Shown piece by piece: positions 31,027 to 40,900 of a DNA stretch of 64,000 bases. Under the pieces are notes generated by a model. It was given only the letters and a program-made list of their open reading frames with translations, made no database searches and was not told where the DNA came from. How positions within the stretch are numbered: position 1 is the stretch's first letter; the number at the start of each line of letters is the position of its first letter. A program made the position numbers and the translations under genes. Source of the stretch: a virus; IMG/VR virus record IMGVR_UViG_3300033182_001068, positions 1-64,000 of that record, one strand, 5' to 3'.

Positions 31027-34000
31027 TCACGTCTTGGTGTCGCCGTAGACGAGCCACGAATCGGAGGAACGTCGCTTGCAGATAATAACCGAATACCGTT
31101 CACGACACTTAAAGCCATTCGCCCCATTGATGGTCACGCCGGACCCGCCAGCAACAGTCACCTGACCAGTATCCACCTGCGTAACCTCGAACCAGTCGCC
31201 GTCAGACCAAGACCCGGAAGATTGCGGCGCAATCGTAAATGTAACAGCGTTCGTACTGTCGTTATACATCATCTGGCCTGCATAGGTGCCGGTCACGGTC
31301 GTTGTGATGTTCTGGTGATACCAGTTTTGACGAACGACCGTCCCAGTCGGCAACGTCACTGTTCCGGTGAAAGTCGGCGAAGCAAGAGGGGCCTTCAGGG
31401 CCAACGAGTTCGTGACCGTCGTCGAGAAGTTCGCATCATCACCAAGAGCAGCCGCCAACTCGTTCAACGTGTCAAGCGTCCCCGGAGCGGAATCAACTAG
31501 GTTCGCAACAGCGGTTGACACGAACTCGGTTGTAGCGATCTGGGTCGTGTTGGTGCCTGCCGTTGCAGTTGGCGCAGTCGGTGTTCCGGTGAGTGGGGTG
31601 TCAACGAGAATGTCGGTGTTGACCCACGCAGAATCAGAAACACTCCACCGAAGCACCTGCCCCCCTGAGGGGGAGCCGCTGATACTGACATCTCCAATGT
31701 CAGCCACCGAGTTGATCGTCGGAATAGAAGCGTTCACCCAGTTCGAGGTGCCGTTATCCCACTTTAGGAACTGGCCGTCGGAGACGCTCGTGATGGTTAC
31801 ATTTGTGACGTTTTCCAACGTATGAGCAGTGTTTACATAGTTGGTTCCGTTGTAGAGCAGGATGTCGCCAGATGATTCGGCAGACGTTGACACTCCGGAA
31901 GCGCCCTGAATAGTCCAAGGTTCCGCAACCCAGTTGGTGCCGTCAAAGTAGGCGATGTCACCCTGACTTGGGGCAACGGTTGTCATGTCGACGTCACTCA
32001 AACCACCAATGCTGTGATTCGAGATGCCAGAAACTGTTCCGGTTACATCGCCGGTCAAGTCCCCAGTTACATTTCCGGTCAGGTTGGCGGTGACCGTGCC
32101 GAACGTGACGTTTGCACCAGAAGCAACATCCTGACCGATGGCAATGGTTGCTGTCGATCCTTCACCGGGAGTGTGGGTGACCGTAACTCCGGTTCCACCT
32201 GAAACGTCGGTCATAAAGTTTCCGGTAGTGTCGGTTCCGAGGGCGACCGAGTTCGCTGCAATCGTCACAGCCAGAGAAGCATTAGCGGTTCCATCAAACG
32301 ACGCGGAACCGGTCACGTCGCCGGTGAGTTCAATTGTGCGTGACGTAGCGAGTGCTGTAGCGGTGCTGGCGTTCCCAGTTAGGCTCGCCGTGACACTATT
32401 GAATGTGACATCAGAAGTCGTCAGAAGGTTCTGCCCGGCGTTGGATGTCTCGATCGACGTGACGCGACCGTAAGCATCTGTAGTTACGGCAGAAACAAAA
32501 TCTGAAGTATCTGAACCAGTTGTGCTTCCGACTGTTACCGTGCCAAGGTCGATGTTGTCGGCGTTGACAACAATCCGGCCAGAATCTGCCGTCACGATGT
32601 CGATTGTGTTCCCGGTCTTGGTCAGGCCACCACCGGCGGAGAAAGCCTGCGTTCCAGTGAACTGCGTAAAGGTGATGGAATCGGTGCCAATGGTGTGCGG
32701 GTCATTTGTTGAAGTGACAACAAAGCCCTGATTCGAGTTTGTGGACCCAGCGAGAACAAACACGGCTTCGCCGGGCTGAACCCCTCCGGGCTGAGTTCCG
32801 TCAAAATCTTCCGCGCGAGTAAGTACCCATGCCGCAGATCCGGCGGCACCTTGATTGGTGACGTCGTAGATGCCGTTTTCATAACCGTTTGACTGGTTCT
32901 TGACGAGGACACGGTCGCCGGTGTTGGCATTTGCGCCATCAATGAGGAGTCGTGCTTGACTCCCGGCGGTGAGCGTTGCGCCGTCTCCCGATGTGCCGTT
33001 GCTGTAGGTCGGCGTGTCCGGCAAGGCCGCAGCAGTCGCAAGACGAGCAGCCTCGTGCCAGTCGATTCCAGCAGCAAGATTGTCGACATACGACTTTGTT
33101 GCTGCGTGAGTCGCCTGCGTTGGAGCCGCTCCAAGAGTGACGGTGTTGAATGCGACGTTCGCGCTTGTTGCTACATCCTGACCGATCGAAATTGTCGGCT
33201 GGGCGCTCTCGCCAGAGTTGTTGGCAAGAGTAATGCCGGTGCCGTTGACGAGATTAGCGACGTAGTCTCCAGTCGTGTCGGTTCCCAGCGCAATGCTGTT
33301 GGCTTGAATCGTGGCAGCAATATCGACGTTGGCGCTACCGTCAAAACTGACAGAACCGGCGACGTCTCCAGAAAGTGAAATGGTTCTTGCGGTAGCGAGA
33401 GTTGTGGCCGTATCTGCGTTGCCCGTAACATCCCCGGTGACGTTGCCGGTCACATCGCCGGTCAAGTCGCCAGTGACGTTACCTGTCACGTTCCCAGTGA
33501 CATCACCCGTTAGATCAGCGGTAACGGTGTTGAAGGTGACGTTGTCAGTGGTGCTGACAGCCTGACCGATGGCAACAGTAGGCGTGTTTCCTTCTCCGGT
33601 TCCTCCGGTGACGGTAACACCTGTTCCGCCAGTAACACTTTCTGTGTAGTTTCCTGTTGTGTCGGTTCCCAGCGCAACAGAGTCTGGCTGGATTGTGACA
33701 GCGATATTGATGTCACCTGAACCGTCAAAACTTGCAGAACCAGATGCGTCGCCAGAGATCTGGATCGTGCGAGCAGTTTCCAAAGCACTCGCAGTATCGG
33801 CATTACCTGTTAAGTCACCAGTAAGGCCACTTGTGGTTGAAAGTGACGGGATCGAGACCGTGCTGCCATCGCTTGTGATCTCAACGCCACCCAAGTCAAT
33901 GGTTGTGCCAGAGAGGTACAGGTCGCGGAATCGGTTATCCGTTGAACCAAGGTCGTAGGTGACGTCAGTGTCAGGAACGATATGGCCACCAACAGTGATT

Positions 34001-34425
34001 CCGGCATCCGTGGTAAGAGTATTGAACGTTACGTTGTCAGTCGTTCCGACAGCCTGCCCAATAGCAACCGTCGGGGTGGCGCCCTCACCCGTGTTGTTCG
34101 TAAGAGAGACACCAGTTCCAGCGACAAGGCTTTCCACGTAATCACCAACAGAGTCGGTGCCAAGGTTGACGGCATCGTTAATCCATGCGGAGCCATTCCA
34201 GCGAAGGAAGTCGCCGTCAGCAGCCGAAGTGATCGTTACATCACTTATATCGTTTAGGCCAGCAGCGTTGTAGTAATAATCAAGAGAGGTCCACGCGGTT
34301 GAGCCGTCACCAATCTTGATCTTTCCAGTGTCGGTTTCGTAACCTAGTTCACCCTGCGCGAGAGTCGGGTTGGCCGAAGTCCAGTTTGATGCCGTATCGC
34401 GACGGAGTTGAATTTGTGCTGCCAT
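31027..34425 (-). CDS. large tail fibre protein (1132 aa) with internal repeats
   Basis: N-terminal QLRRDTASNW...GELGYETDTGKIKIGDGSTAW fibre motif. Three to four copies of a roughly 130-aa unit (GNADTA..L..ARTI.LSGD..GS.SFDGS...ALGTDTTGNY...GEG.TPTVAIGQ.V...NVTFNTVTA). C-terminal GTPTAPTATAGTNTTQIATTEFV collar-like motif. Confidence 0.85.
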   Translation of the reverse strand: MAAQIQLRRDTASNWTSANPTLAQGELGYETDTGKIKIGDGSTAWTSLDYYYNAAGLNDISDVTITSAADGDFLRWNGSAWINDAVNLGTDSVGDYVESLVAGTGVSLTNNTGEGATPTVAIGQAVGTTDNVTFNTLTTDAGITVGGHIVPDTDVTYDLGSTDNRFRDLYLSGTTIDLGGVEITSDGSTVSIPSLSTTSGLTGDLTGNADTASALETARTIQISGDASGSASFDGSGDINIAVTIQPDSVALGTDTTGNYTESVTGGTGVTVTGGTGEGNTPTVAIGQAVSTTDNVTFNTVTADLTGDVTGNVTGNVTGDLTGDVTGNVTGDVTGNADTATTLATARTISLSGDVAGSVSFDGSANVDIAATIQANSIALGTDTTGDYVANLVNGTGITLANNSGESAQPTISIGQDVATSANVAFNTVTLGAAPTQATHAATKSYVDNLAAGIDWHEAARLATAAALPDTPTYSNGTSGDGATLTAGSQARLLIDGANANTGDRVLVKNQSNGYENGIYDVTNQGAAGSAAWVLTRAEDFDGTQPGGVQPGEAVFVLAGSTNSNQGFVVTSTNDPHTIGTDSITFTQFTGTQAFSAGGGLTKTGNTIDIVTADSGRIVVNADNIDLGTVTVGSTTGSDTSDFVSAVTTDAYGRVTSIETSNAGQNLLTTSDVTFNSVTASLTGNASTATALATSRTIELTGDVTGSASFDGTANASLAVTIAANSVALGTDTTGNFMTDVSGGTGVTVTHTPGEGSTATIAIGQDVASGANVTFGTVTANLTGNVTGDLTGDVTGTVSGISNHSIGGLSDVDMTTVAPSQGDIAYFDGTNWVAEPWTIQGASGVSTSAESSGDILLYNGTNYVNTAHTLENVTNVTITSVSDGQFLKWDNGTSNWVNASIPTINSVADIGDVSISGSPSGGQVLRWSVSDSAWVNTDILVDTPLTGTPTAPTATAGTNTTQIATTEFVSTAVANLVDSAPGTLDTLNELAAALGDDANFSTTVTNSLALKAPLASPTFTGTVTLPTGTVVRQNWYHQNITTTVTGTYAGQMMYNDSTNAVTFTIAPQSSGSWSDGDWFEVTQVDTGQVTVAGGSGVTINGANGFKCRERYSVIICKRRSSDSWLVYGDTKT
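33418..33513 (-). repeat. eight tandem (L/V)TG(D/N) tetrapeptide units (12-nt period) inside the fibre gene
   Basis: Translates LTGD VTGN VTGN VTGD LTGD VTGN VTGD VTGN. Confidence 0.85.
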
Positions 34426-35159
34426 TAGGCTGTTCCTCCATTAACCGAGGGAATTCCTCCATAGTTGGAGTTAGATGCTCCGCCATCAAGGTTGGCAGAT
34501 CCGCCTGCATCGGCCCATTGAACGTTGTAATCTGTAGAGTCTACTTTCGATAGTACTTGACCAGTAGAGCCACCTGTTGGAAGCGCATAAAAAGCGGCGC
34601 TAACCCACTCGCCGCTAGCCGAGTCGTACTGCAATACGTCGCCGTCATTCGGCGCGGTGGCATTTACATCGAAAAGGTCGTCAAGAGTTGTCGAAGCGGT
34701 GACAGACACCCACGAACTCGACGAATAGACAGAAAGCACACCATCATCGGTATCGAACCACATGTCGCCTTCGTCGACACCCGTGGGAGCCGTCGTGGCC
34801 AACTCGACAACAGCACTTCCGGCTTTCACCCAAGCATTGTTTGAGCGGAGATACAGGCGATCCTCGTTGGTGTCGATAGCAATTGCGCCATCGGGCAGGC
34901 TGGCGGTTGGGGCGCCTGTAGTGGTGAGGGTGATGATCCCGTTAGCCGCATACAGGCTGTCATCGGTTTTGAGTTGGTTTGCATCGCCTCGATAAAGCGT
35001 TACATCACCCGACCCAGTTCCGTCACCCCAAGTGAGTCGACCGCCAGCGTCGATACGAAGTCTCGCAGCAGAATCGCCGCTAACACGACCAGAAAAAGCC
35101 TCGTCGCCAGCATTCGCGAATTCAACACCCCTTAGGGGCGTCCCTACAAAACGTGTCAT
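34425..35159 (-). CDS. tail fibre / fibre-associated protein (244 aa)
   Basis: Contains GDVLQYDSASGEWV, matching the G(D/Q)xLx(W/Y)(D/N)...W(V/I) motif repeated in 31027-34425. 1-nt overlap with the next gene. Confidence 0.65.
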   Translation of the reverse strand: MTRFVGTPLRGVEFANAGDEAFSGRVSGDSAARLRIDAGGRLTWGDGTGSGDVTLYRGDANQLKTDDSLYAANGIITLTTTGAPTASLPDGAIAIDTNEDRLYLRSNNAWVKAGSAVVELATTAPTGVDEGDMWFDTDDGVLSVYSSSSWVSVTASTTLDDLFDVNATAPNDGDVLQYDSASGEWVSAAFYALPTGGSTGQVLSKVDSTDYNVQWADAGGSANLDGGASNSNYGGIPSVNGGTA

Positions 35160-35210
35160 ATCAAACCAGCCTCAACTGCTTCTTGTTTGGTCGCCCCTCA
35201 AGGCGAAGTT

Positions 35211-36569
35211 TTATCCAGTGACAACCACTCGATATGCGCCAGAGGCTGGAGCGACCGAGAAGGAAACGTCAACTTGGTTAACATTTGTGCGCACGACGTC
35301 AGTAATCACGGTGTCATATGTTGCTGAGTCATAAACCTGCACCAAAACGTCGCGAGTACCAAAGTTGTGAACGATTGAGAACGTTGTATCAGTCGCATTG
35401 CCGACAGTCTGCGCTGAGACACGAGAAAGCGTCGGGGTGCTCGTGGTGAGGCCGGTCGCTGGGGTGGCAGCAAGGTTGTCACGGGCATCAGCCTCGGTAG
35501 TGGCATTTGTACCACCATTGGCGATAGGGAGTTCTCCACTAACACCACTACCGGTGACACTTTCGAGGTCGATCGTGTCAACCGAAAGCACACCATTTGT
35601 AAACGTAAGTTGCGTGCCAGCAACGTCAGAGTGAAGAGCAAGACCGTCCGCCGTGGTAGCCAAGCCGCTGTAGTTAGAGTCAATCTTGATCTGGAGATCG
35701 TCAGAAACAATCTCGATGCCGCCAGCAGCCGCCACGTTGACGTCAAGAACGTCGCCGGTCTTCGAAAGACCATCACCGGCAAGAATATTGCCAGCGACAG
35801 AGAAGAGTGCAAACTCAAGAGCGGTCGAACCAAGGGTGACCGTGCCATTGTTGGTCATCACCCAGCCAGAGTCGGCGTTTACGGTACCTTCCTCAACGAA
35901 GGTGAACATGCCGGGCGTGACTTCGGCAGATCCATCAGCGTCGGTCGCGCGAACAGCAGCACCGGAAGCCTGAACAACGTAAATGCCGTTTTCAGAACCA
36001 GTCGTCTGGTTCTTGACAAGGACGCGGTCTCCGGTGGCGAGAGTGACTCCGTCAACGGTGTCACCGTCTTCAAGGTCGGTTGTGATACTGAGGTTTGCGG
36101 TAGTGGCGACTCGGACTGATGCTTTAACGTCAAGACCGGTGCGGGCGGCATCCACGTACGACTTGTTTGCCGCATCGAGGTCGTTAACTGGGGCGGAAAC
36201 CTGCAAACGACCACCAGAATCGCGAATGGCGATTGTTGAAGCCGTATTGGTGGAGGTTTTATTGTCAAGTGCCTGCTTGTCGGTGCCGTTGAGGAGACCA
36301 GAGGCGCCGGAGGCGACTGCATCTGCAATGGAGAAAGTGACAGAACCGTTTGATTCGCTAATTACGAGAGCGGTTGTTGACGAGGAGAGGGCGTGAATGG
36401 CTTTGCGCCAGCCAGTGCCGTCATAAACTTTCAGTACCTTTTCGGTACTGTTGTAGATCAGTCGGCCTTCAAAGTTGCTCGTTGCGGGGTCGGTGGCAAG
36501 CGCCTCGAATCGCCCATTAAGCAACTGATTTTGGTTGAGATCAAGATTTGTAACGAATTTTTGCGCCAT
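35211..36569 (-). CDS. tail fibre protein (452 aa)
   Basis: N-terminal FVTNLDLNQNQLLNGRFE...GRLIYNSTEKVLKVYDGTGW is a typical fibre start. The C-terminal domain TFSIVHNFGTRDVLVQVYD... is shared with 36585-36899. Confidence 0.75.
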   Translation of the reverse strand: MAQKFVTNLDLNQNQLLNGRFEALATDPATSNFEGRLIYNSTEKVLKVYDGTGWRKAIHALSSSTTALVISESNGSVTFSIADAVASGASGLLNGTDKQALDNKTSTNTASTIAIRDSGGRLQVSAPVNDLDAANKSYVDAARTGLDVKASVRVATTANLSITTDLEDGDTVDGVTLATGDRVLVKNQTTGSENGIYVVQASGAAVRATDADGSAEVTPGMFTFVEEGTVNADSGWVMTNNGTVTLGSTALEFALFSVAGNILAGDGLSKTGDVLDVNVAAAGGIEIVSDDLQIKIDSNYSGLATTADGLALHSDVAGTQLTFTNGVLSVDTIDLESVTGSGVSGELPIANGGTNATTEADARDNLAATPATGLTTSTPTLSRVSAQTVGNATDTTFSIVHNFGTRDVLVQVYDSATYDTVITDVVRTNVNQVDVSFSVAPASGAYRVVVTG

Positions 36570-36584
36570 GGATGCGGACCCCTA

Positions 36585-36899
36585 CTACGTGAGGTAAACG
36601 TACCCGGCAAACGCCGCCGTAAAGTCTACCCTGATTTCGTTGTTACTTATATATGTTACCTCACCGAAGACGACTGTATCAGCAGTATCCACAACCATTA
36701 CTGAGGGCTTCCCGCCCAAAGTATGCGTAATTGTCCAACTGGACGCAGGGGAAGATTGAGTATGAATGTGACGCCTCGTGTTGCTCGACGAAGCACCGCT
36801 CAGACGCACCTCAATAACGGTGGGAGCGTCCTCCTCAACGATTACCCGATTCGGAGAGTCCTGATGGACGTAGACCTGATTCGGCACAGCGCTACTCAC
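36585..36899 (-). CDS. small fibre-domain protein (104 aa)
   Basis: SWTITHTLGGKPSVMVVDTADTVVFGEVTYISNNEIRVDF parallels the C-terminus of 35211-36569. Confidence 0.6.
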   Translation of the reverse strand: MSSAVPNQVYVHQDSPNRVIVEEDAPTVIEVRLSGASSSNTRRHIHTQSSPASSWTITHTLGGKPSVMVVDTADTVVFGEVTYISNNEIRVDFTAAFAGYVYLT

Positions 36900-37273
36900 C
36901 TCGTGACCTCCAAGGAAAGCGTAAAGGTTCCTTGAATTACACGACTAACGACACCGGTCGCCGACACGATCTCAAGGTCGTAAACGCCGTCTGAAGTCAA
37001 GGCAGCAGTGGTTGCATCGTCCATATACAGACGAATTAGCCCTGTTGCGCCAGCAGGTTCGATCTCAATACGTCCGTTTTCCGTCGTCAACTCCACCTGA
37101 GGGGTAGTTGACGACTGGGTTCGACGCACCTGCATCCGAGCGGTGTAGTTCTGCAAATCAAAATCGAGATAAGTAGAACCAGTAGGATCTGCGGGGTCTG
37201 GCTCTTTGAGTTTGATGATGCGAGTAAAGGTCGTTCCCTGCTCGCATGTCATGTTATATGTGCCTGCGATCAT
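36896..37273 (-). CDS. hypothetical structural protein (125 aa)
   Basis: ORF with GAGGAAGAGG upstream and a beta-rich sequence. ATGA-type overlap with the next gene. Confidence 0.55.
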   Translation of the reverse strand: MIAGTYNMTCEQGTTFTRIIKLKEPDPADPTGSTYLDFDLQNYTARMQVRRTQSSTTPQVELTTENGRIEIEPAGATGLIRLYMDDATTAALTSDGVYDLEIVSATGVVSRVIQGTFTLSLEVTR

Positions 37274-37318
37274 CGACGCCTCTTCCTCGCTCAGAACTAC
37301 TACTTATTGTAGATCAGA

Positions 37319-37340
37319 GCCCCCCTTTGTCGGGGGTGGT
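37319..37340 (-). terminator. GC hairpin downstream of the holin-like gene
   Basis: + strand reads gagCCCCCCtttgtcGGGGGtgg. The core is a 5-bp G:C stem with a 6-nt loop. No clear U-tract, so terminator function is uncertain. Confidence 0.3.
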
Positions 37341-37348
37341 TAAGCGCC

Positions 37349-37564
37349 TCAGACGACAGAAGCGGAGTTTTTGTTCGGTCCGACCTTCTTCAGGCCCATG
37401 CTCATGGCGATCGAAAGGGCTACAGCGACAACGCCAGCCTTCAGGTTGTCGCTGCTGGCGAGACCGTCGAAGTCGGCTCCGGTGGCCATCCAGACGCCAA
37501 GGTACGCCTGCACGAACGTCTTGACAGCGCGCTCAACAGCATCTTTGATAAAGGAAGTGTCCAT
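37349..37564 (-). CDS. LL-H/r1t-type holin-like membrane protein inside the tail module
   Basis: MDTSFIKDAVERAVKTFVQAYLGVWMATG...AGVVAVALSIAMSMGL fits the r1t-holin family pattern. GGAGGA SD 6 nt upstream. Confidence 0.6.
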   Translation of the reverse strand: MDTSFIKDAVERAVKTFVQAYLGVWMATGADFDGLASSDNLKAGVVAVALSIAMSMGLKKVGPNKNSASVV

Positions 37565-37600
37565 TTTGTCCTCCGTTGGGGGGTTCTATCGGAACATAAC

Positions 37601-37609
37601 CATTATACC
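37601..37609 (-). promoter_or_regulatory. extended -10 promoter candidate TGGTATAAT
   Basis: Minus strand reads TTGTTTGGTATAATGGTTATG, 37 nt upstream of the ATG at 37564. Confidence 0.4.
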
Positions 37610-37619
37610 AAACAAGGTG

Positions 37620-37925
37620 CTAGTTGATCACTTCCATGTACAAAAGGACCTGACCAGTACGGTTCTCCTGAGCATCAACCTCAGCCTTTGTCGCCAACCG
37701 ATTCCACGAAGCCCCATCATAGAAATGCGGCCTATTCAAAGCGTTTCCGCCCGAATCTTCAAGGAAAAAACCCATCATGCCAGCGGCACGGTTTGCCCCA
37801 AGTTGACCATCAAGAGTACCAACATTGGTTGCCAACATCACAGCCTGATCCATCAGATACCCATTCACCTGAGTCGCCGTAAGAATCGATTCCGGCTGAA
37901 ACTCGTAATACCCCTGACCTGCCAT
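37620..37925 (-). CDS. hypothetical tail-module protein (101 aa)
   Basis: Track ORF between the large baseplate-associated gene and the holin-like gene. No motif recognised. Confidence 0.55.
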   Translation of the reverse strand: MAGQGYYEFQPESILTATQVNGYLMDQAVMLATNVGTLDGQLGANRAAGMMGFFLEDSGGNALNRPHFYDGASWNRLATKAEVDAQENRTGQVLLYMEVIN

Positions 37926-37937
37926 TGCAATCTCCTA

Positions 37938-40900
37938 CTAACCAAGCACGGACACGTCGAGGCGCCCGATGCCGATGTTGTTCAATGTAAAGAACAGTTT
38001 ATCAACTGTTTCGTGAGTAAAATAAAAGCCCGTTGGAGTCGTCGGCGCAGCAGCGTTAAGCACAGCGAGAGATTCGTTGGTTACCGAGTCAACGTTCGAT
38101 GTTTCGGCGGTAATAGTCCGCAAATGAATCCGGTGCGTCAAACCGCTGTAGTTCGGGGAAACAGCAACGACTTTGTCGCCGGTCAACACCTGCCTGACAG
38201 CCTCAATCATCGACTCGCGAGAACCAGATTTGTGGCCGTAATACGCGTTTTGGATCTGCCAGTTGATGAAACCTGTTTCTTGTGCTGTGGTAAAGAAATT
38301 GGTGATAGTTGAGGCCGTCAAGAAGTGCAACGTCTGCCCGATTTCGCCGTCCCACTCGGTGCCACGTGATGCCGGAGAACCTTGGAACGTTGTGGCGGTG
38401 GGTGTTCCGTCACCTGTTCCTGAAACGATTTCGAGACGCCCCTCGTAGGGGATGAGGTGAACTTGATGACCTGCACTGTCGTTGTACTTTGCAGGGTACT
38501 GCTCGTAGTTGGCGCTAGTTGCATACAAGGGTTTAGACCAGCCCCCGGCGTAACGCATCCGATAAATCTTGTTATTAGCGTCTTCGATGTAGATGTAATC
38601 CCCGCGACTCATCGAGTTCAAGGTGGCTTCGAAAGCGTCAAGGTTCGTTCCGGAGGATGCTCCCCAGTTGACAGCCAAAGCACGCATGCCGGTCTGGTAA
38701 TTGGTTCCACTGAAACGCAGGTTGTGGTTTTTGATGACGTCGAACCATTCGTCGTCAACAATTGGCGATGCGGCTTTAGCGACCGTTGCTCGATCATGGA
38801 AAACGGCATTTTCGTCGTTGTCCATCGCTACTGATCTGTTGTAAGAGTTGGTTTTCGAGTTCCAGAACCAGACAACATGTCCGGGGATATTTGTACCCTC
38901 TCGCGTAGAGTAAGACGAGACAACGACTTTGCCATTGTCGCTCAAGTCGAGGGTTGAACCAACATAACTATCAACAGTTGACGCCAGCAAATCATCACTG
39001 TGGAAGTCGTCTTTGGCTGTGAGTTCGGCACGCAACACCCAAATCAGTTCGCCTACGCCGTTGTCGATCAGGTCATACACGTACACTGCGCCAAGGTAAT
39101 TTTGGGTGCCGTGCCCTTCGGGGAACCAGCCATACGCACCGATCGCGCATACGGTTCCTGTCTGATCAAGCGCCGAGCGGGCCCCATAAAAATGATTCCA
39201 CCCACTGGCAGTTGCGTCACTATCATTATGAACGTCAGTGGAACCGAGCCCGAAAATTTCCGTCCACGAGACGCTATCCCACCTGAAAGACCGAACTTTA
39301 ATTGTCGTATTATCAGAAGCGTCAGTTTTGTAACTGAGAATGATGGTGTTTCCATCAGCGGACATCGTTCCCCACAAATACTGGGCTGACTCGCTCGTGT
39401 CTGGCATGGCTCTAGCGTTCCAAGAGGTTCCATCCCAGTCGTAAATTTTCGAGGCCGATGCTTGACCGCCGTAAACGAAAAACGCTGTTCCATCTCGTTT
39501 AAGGCACGGAGACCAGTTTGTAACACCAGTGTCGACGATGTCACCGATCCGAGTAACTGACTGACCGTCCCAGTCGATTGAGCAAACGGAAACCTCATTA
39601 GAAGTTTCGTCCTGCACAAGCAACGTTGTGCCGTCATATGAAATCCGAGGCTCCTTGCCGATCTGCGCCAATCCGACATTGGCCGTTGAAACCGTCCACT
39701 CAGGGGTGTTGTCTGATGGGTGAATCCGCTTGCCGTCCGTGGTGGCCAACTTTACGTAGCCTGCGTTGACCCCATTTGTATCCCACACGCCAAGTGCAAA
39801 CTTGTGCCCAGTCGCATCCGTATCAACGCCGGTAGCGTCGTAAAGAGTGCTGTTGATTGAACCGAACATGTTGAGATTGATGTCGCCAGCGTCAAGATCA
39901 CCATCCGGCGAGTAGCGGTTTGTTGATGCTGTGTAACGATCACCAGTAGTGTCAATCTTTTGACCAACCATTTTGGCGTGCTTGCGCTGTCCTGACGACT
40001 GAATTCCCTGAGGGGTAAGGATTGTCACCTCGCCACTCAAGTTCTCCAACTCGGTCGCCTTCGACTCGTCCCACCACAAATCCAACTGAACAGAAGGAGC
40101 ATTAGCCCGGTCTGAAGCAGTGCGACGCTGGCTCAACGTCAATTCACCGCCAAAGTTCGTGTATTTCTTCAACGCTGGGTCGTACAAATCGATGTTGATT
40201 GTTCGCGCGTTGTAATTTGTATTAGCCGTCGTGTAGTCCGTGCCAATGTAGTTAAAATCGATGCTGGTCAGGTAATGCATCGGAATGCCGCTGTTGGCCA
40301 AGGCACTCGGGCTGTGTGTAGACGGCGTCACAATCTTGCCGAGACCACCCGGATAAACCGGATCTTTCCAGTCTTCAAGAATGTCCTGCTCGATAGCGGT
40401 TATCTGGCTTGCATCAATCAACTCCTGCAGAGTGTCGAAACCGCCATCCTCAACCATGAACCCCCACAACTGATCGTCAGTCACGGTGTCGGTGGTTCGC
40501 TCATAACTGTCGTAGGTGCGTGCGACCGAGTCAATGTTGGAACGCAGGCGCGCCCCAGTGAACTGCGCCAACCAGTCCCTATTGTCGTTCGACACCCAAT
40601 ACGGATTTACAAGAGTGCTTTTTGTAAACGTGTCGTCCACGTCTGACGGCAAACGGTCATCTTCTTCGTGTTCAAAAAAGTCGATGTACGAAAGACCCGT
40701 CTGGTTCGCTTCTGATGTGAAAATGTCGAACACTCGATAGAACGGGTAACTCGGGTTTTCTTGCTGCCCATCAATATCCCAGTAGTAGGTGGGAATATAG
40801 TTCCGCCCGTTAAGCACAAAGTTGTTTCGCTTGAACCCGTCAGTGTCGTAAAACACGGGCATCGTAAAATAAATCGGGTTGCCCCCATGCCCGGTAATAA

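Noticed and set aside
31027-34425. A possible diversity-generating retroelement target, because the fibre N-terminus resembles the motif also found at the start of the Bordetella phage Mtd protein
   Set aside because: There is no reverse transcriptase in the window. I found no template/variable repeat pair with adenine-specific differences. The internal repeats are protein-level modules.
37371-38312. 313-aa plus-strand ORF spanning three minus-strand genes
   Set aside because: It crosses intergenic regions and gene boundaries of the tail module. It is compositionally odd (Arg/Ser/Leu-rich) with no start context.
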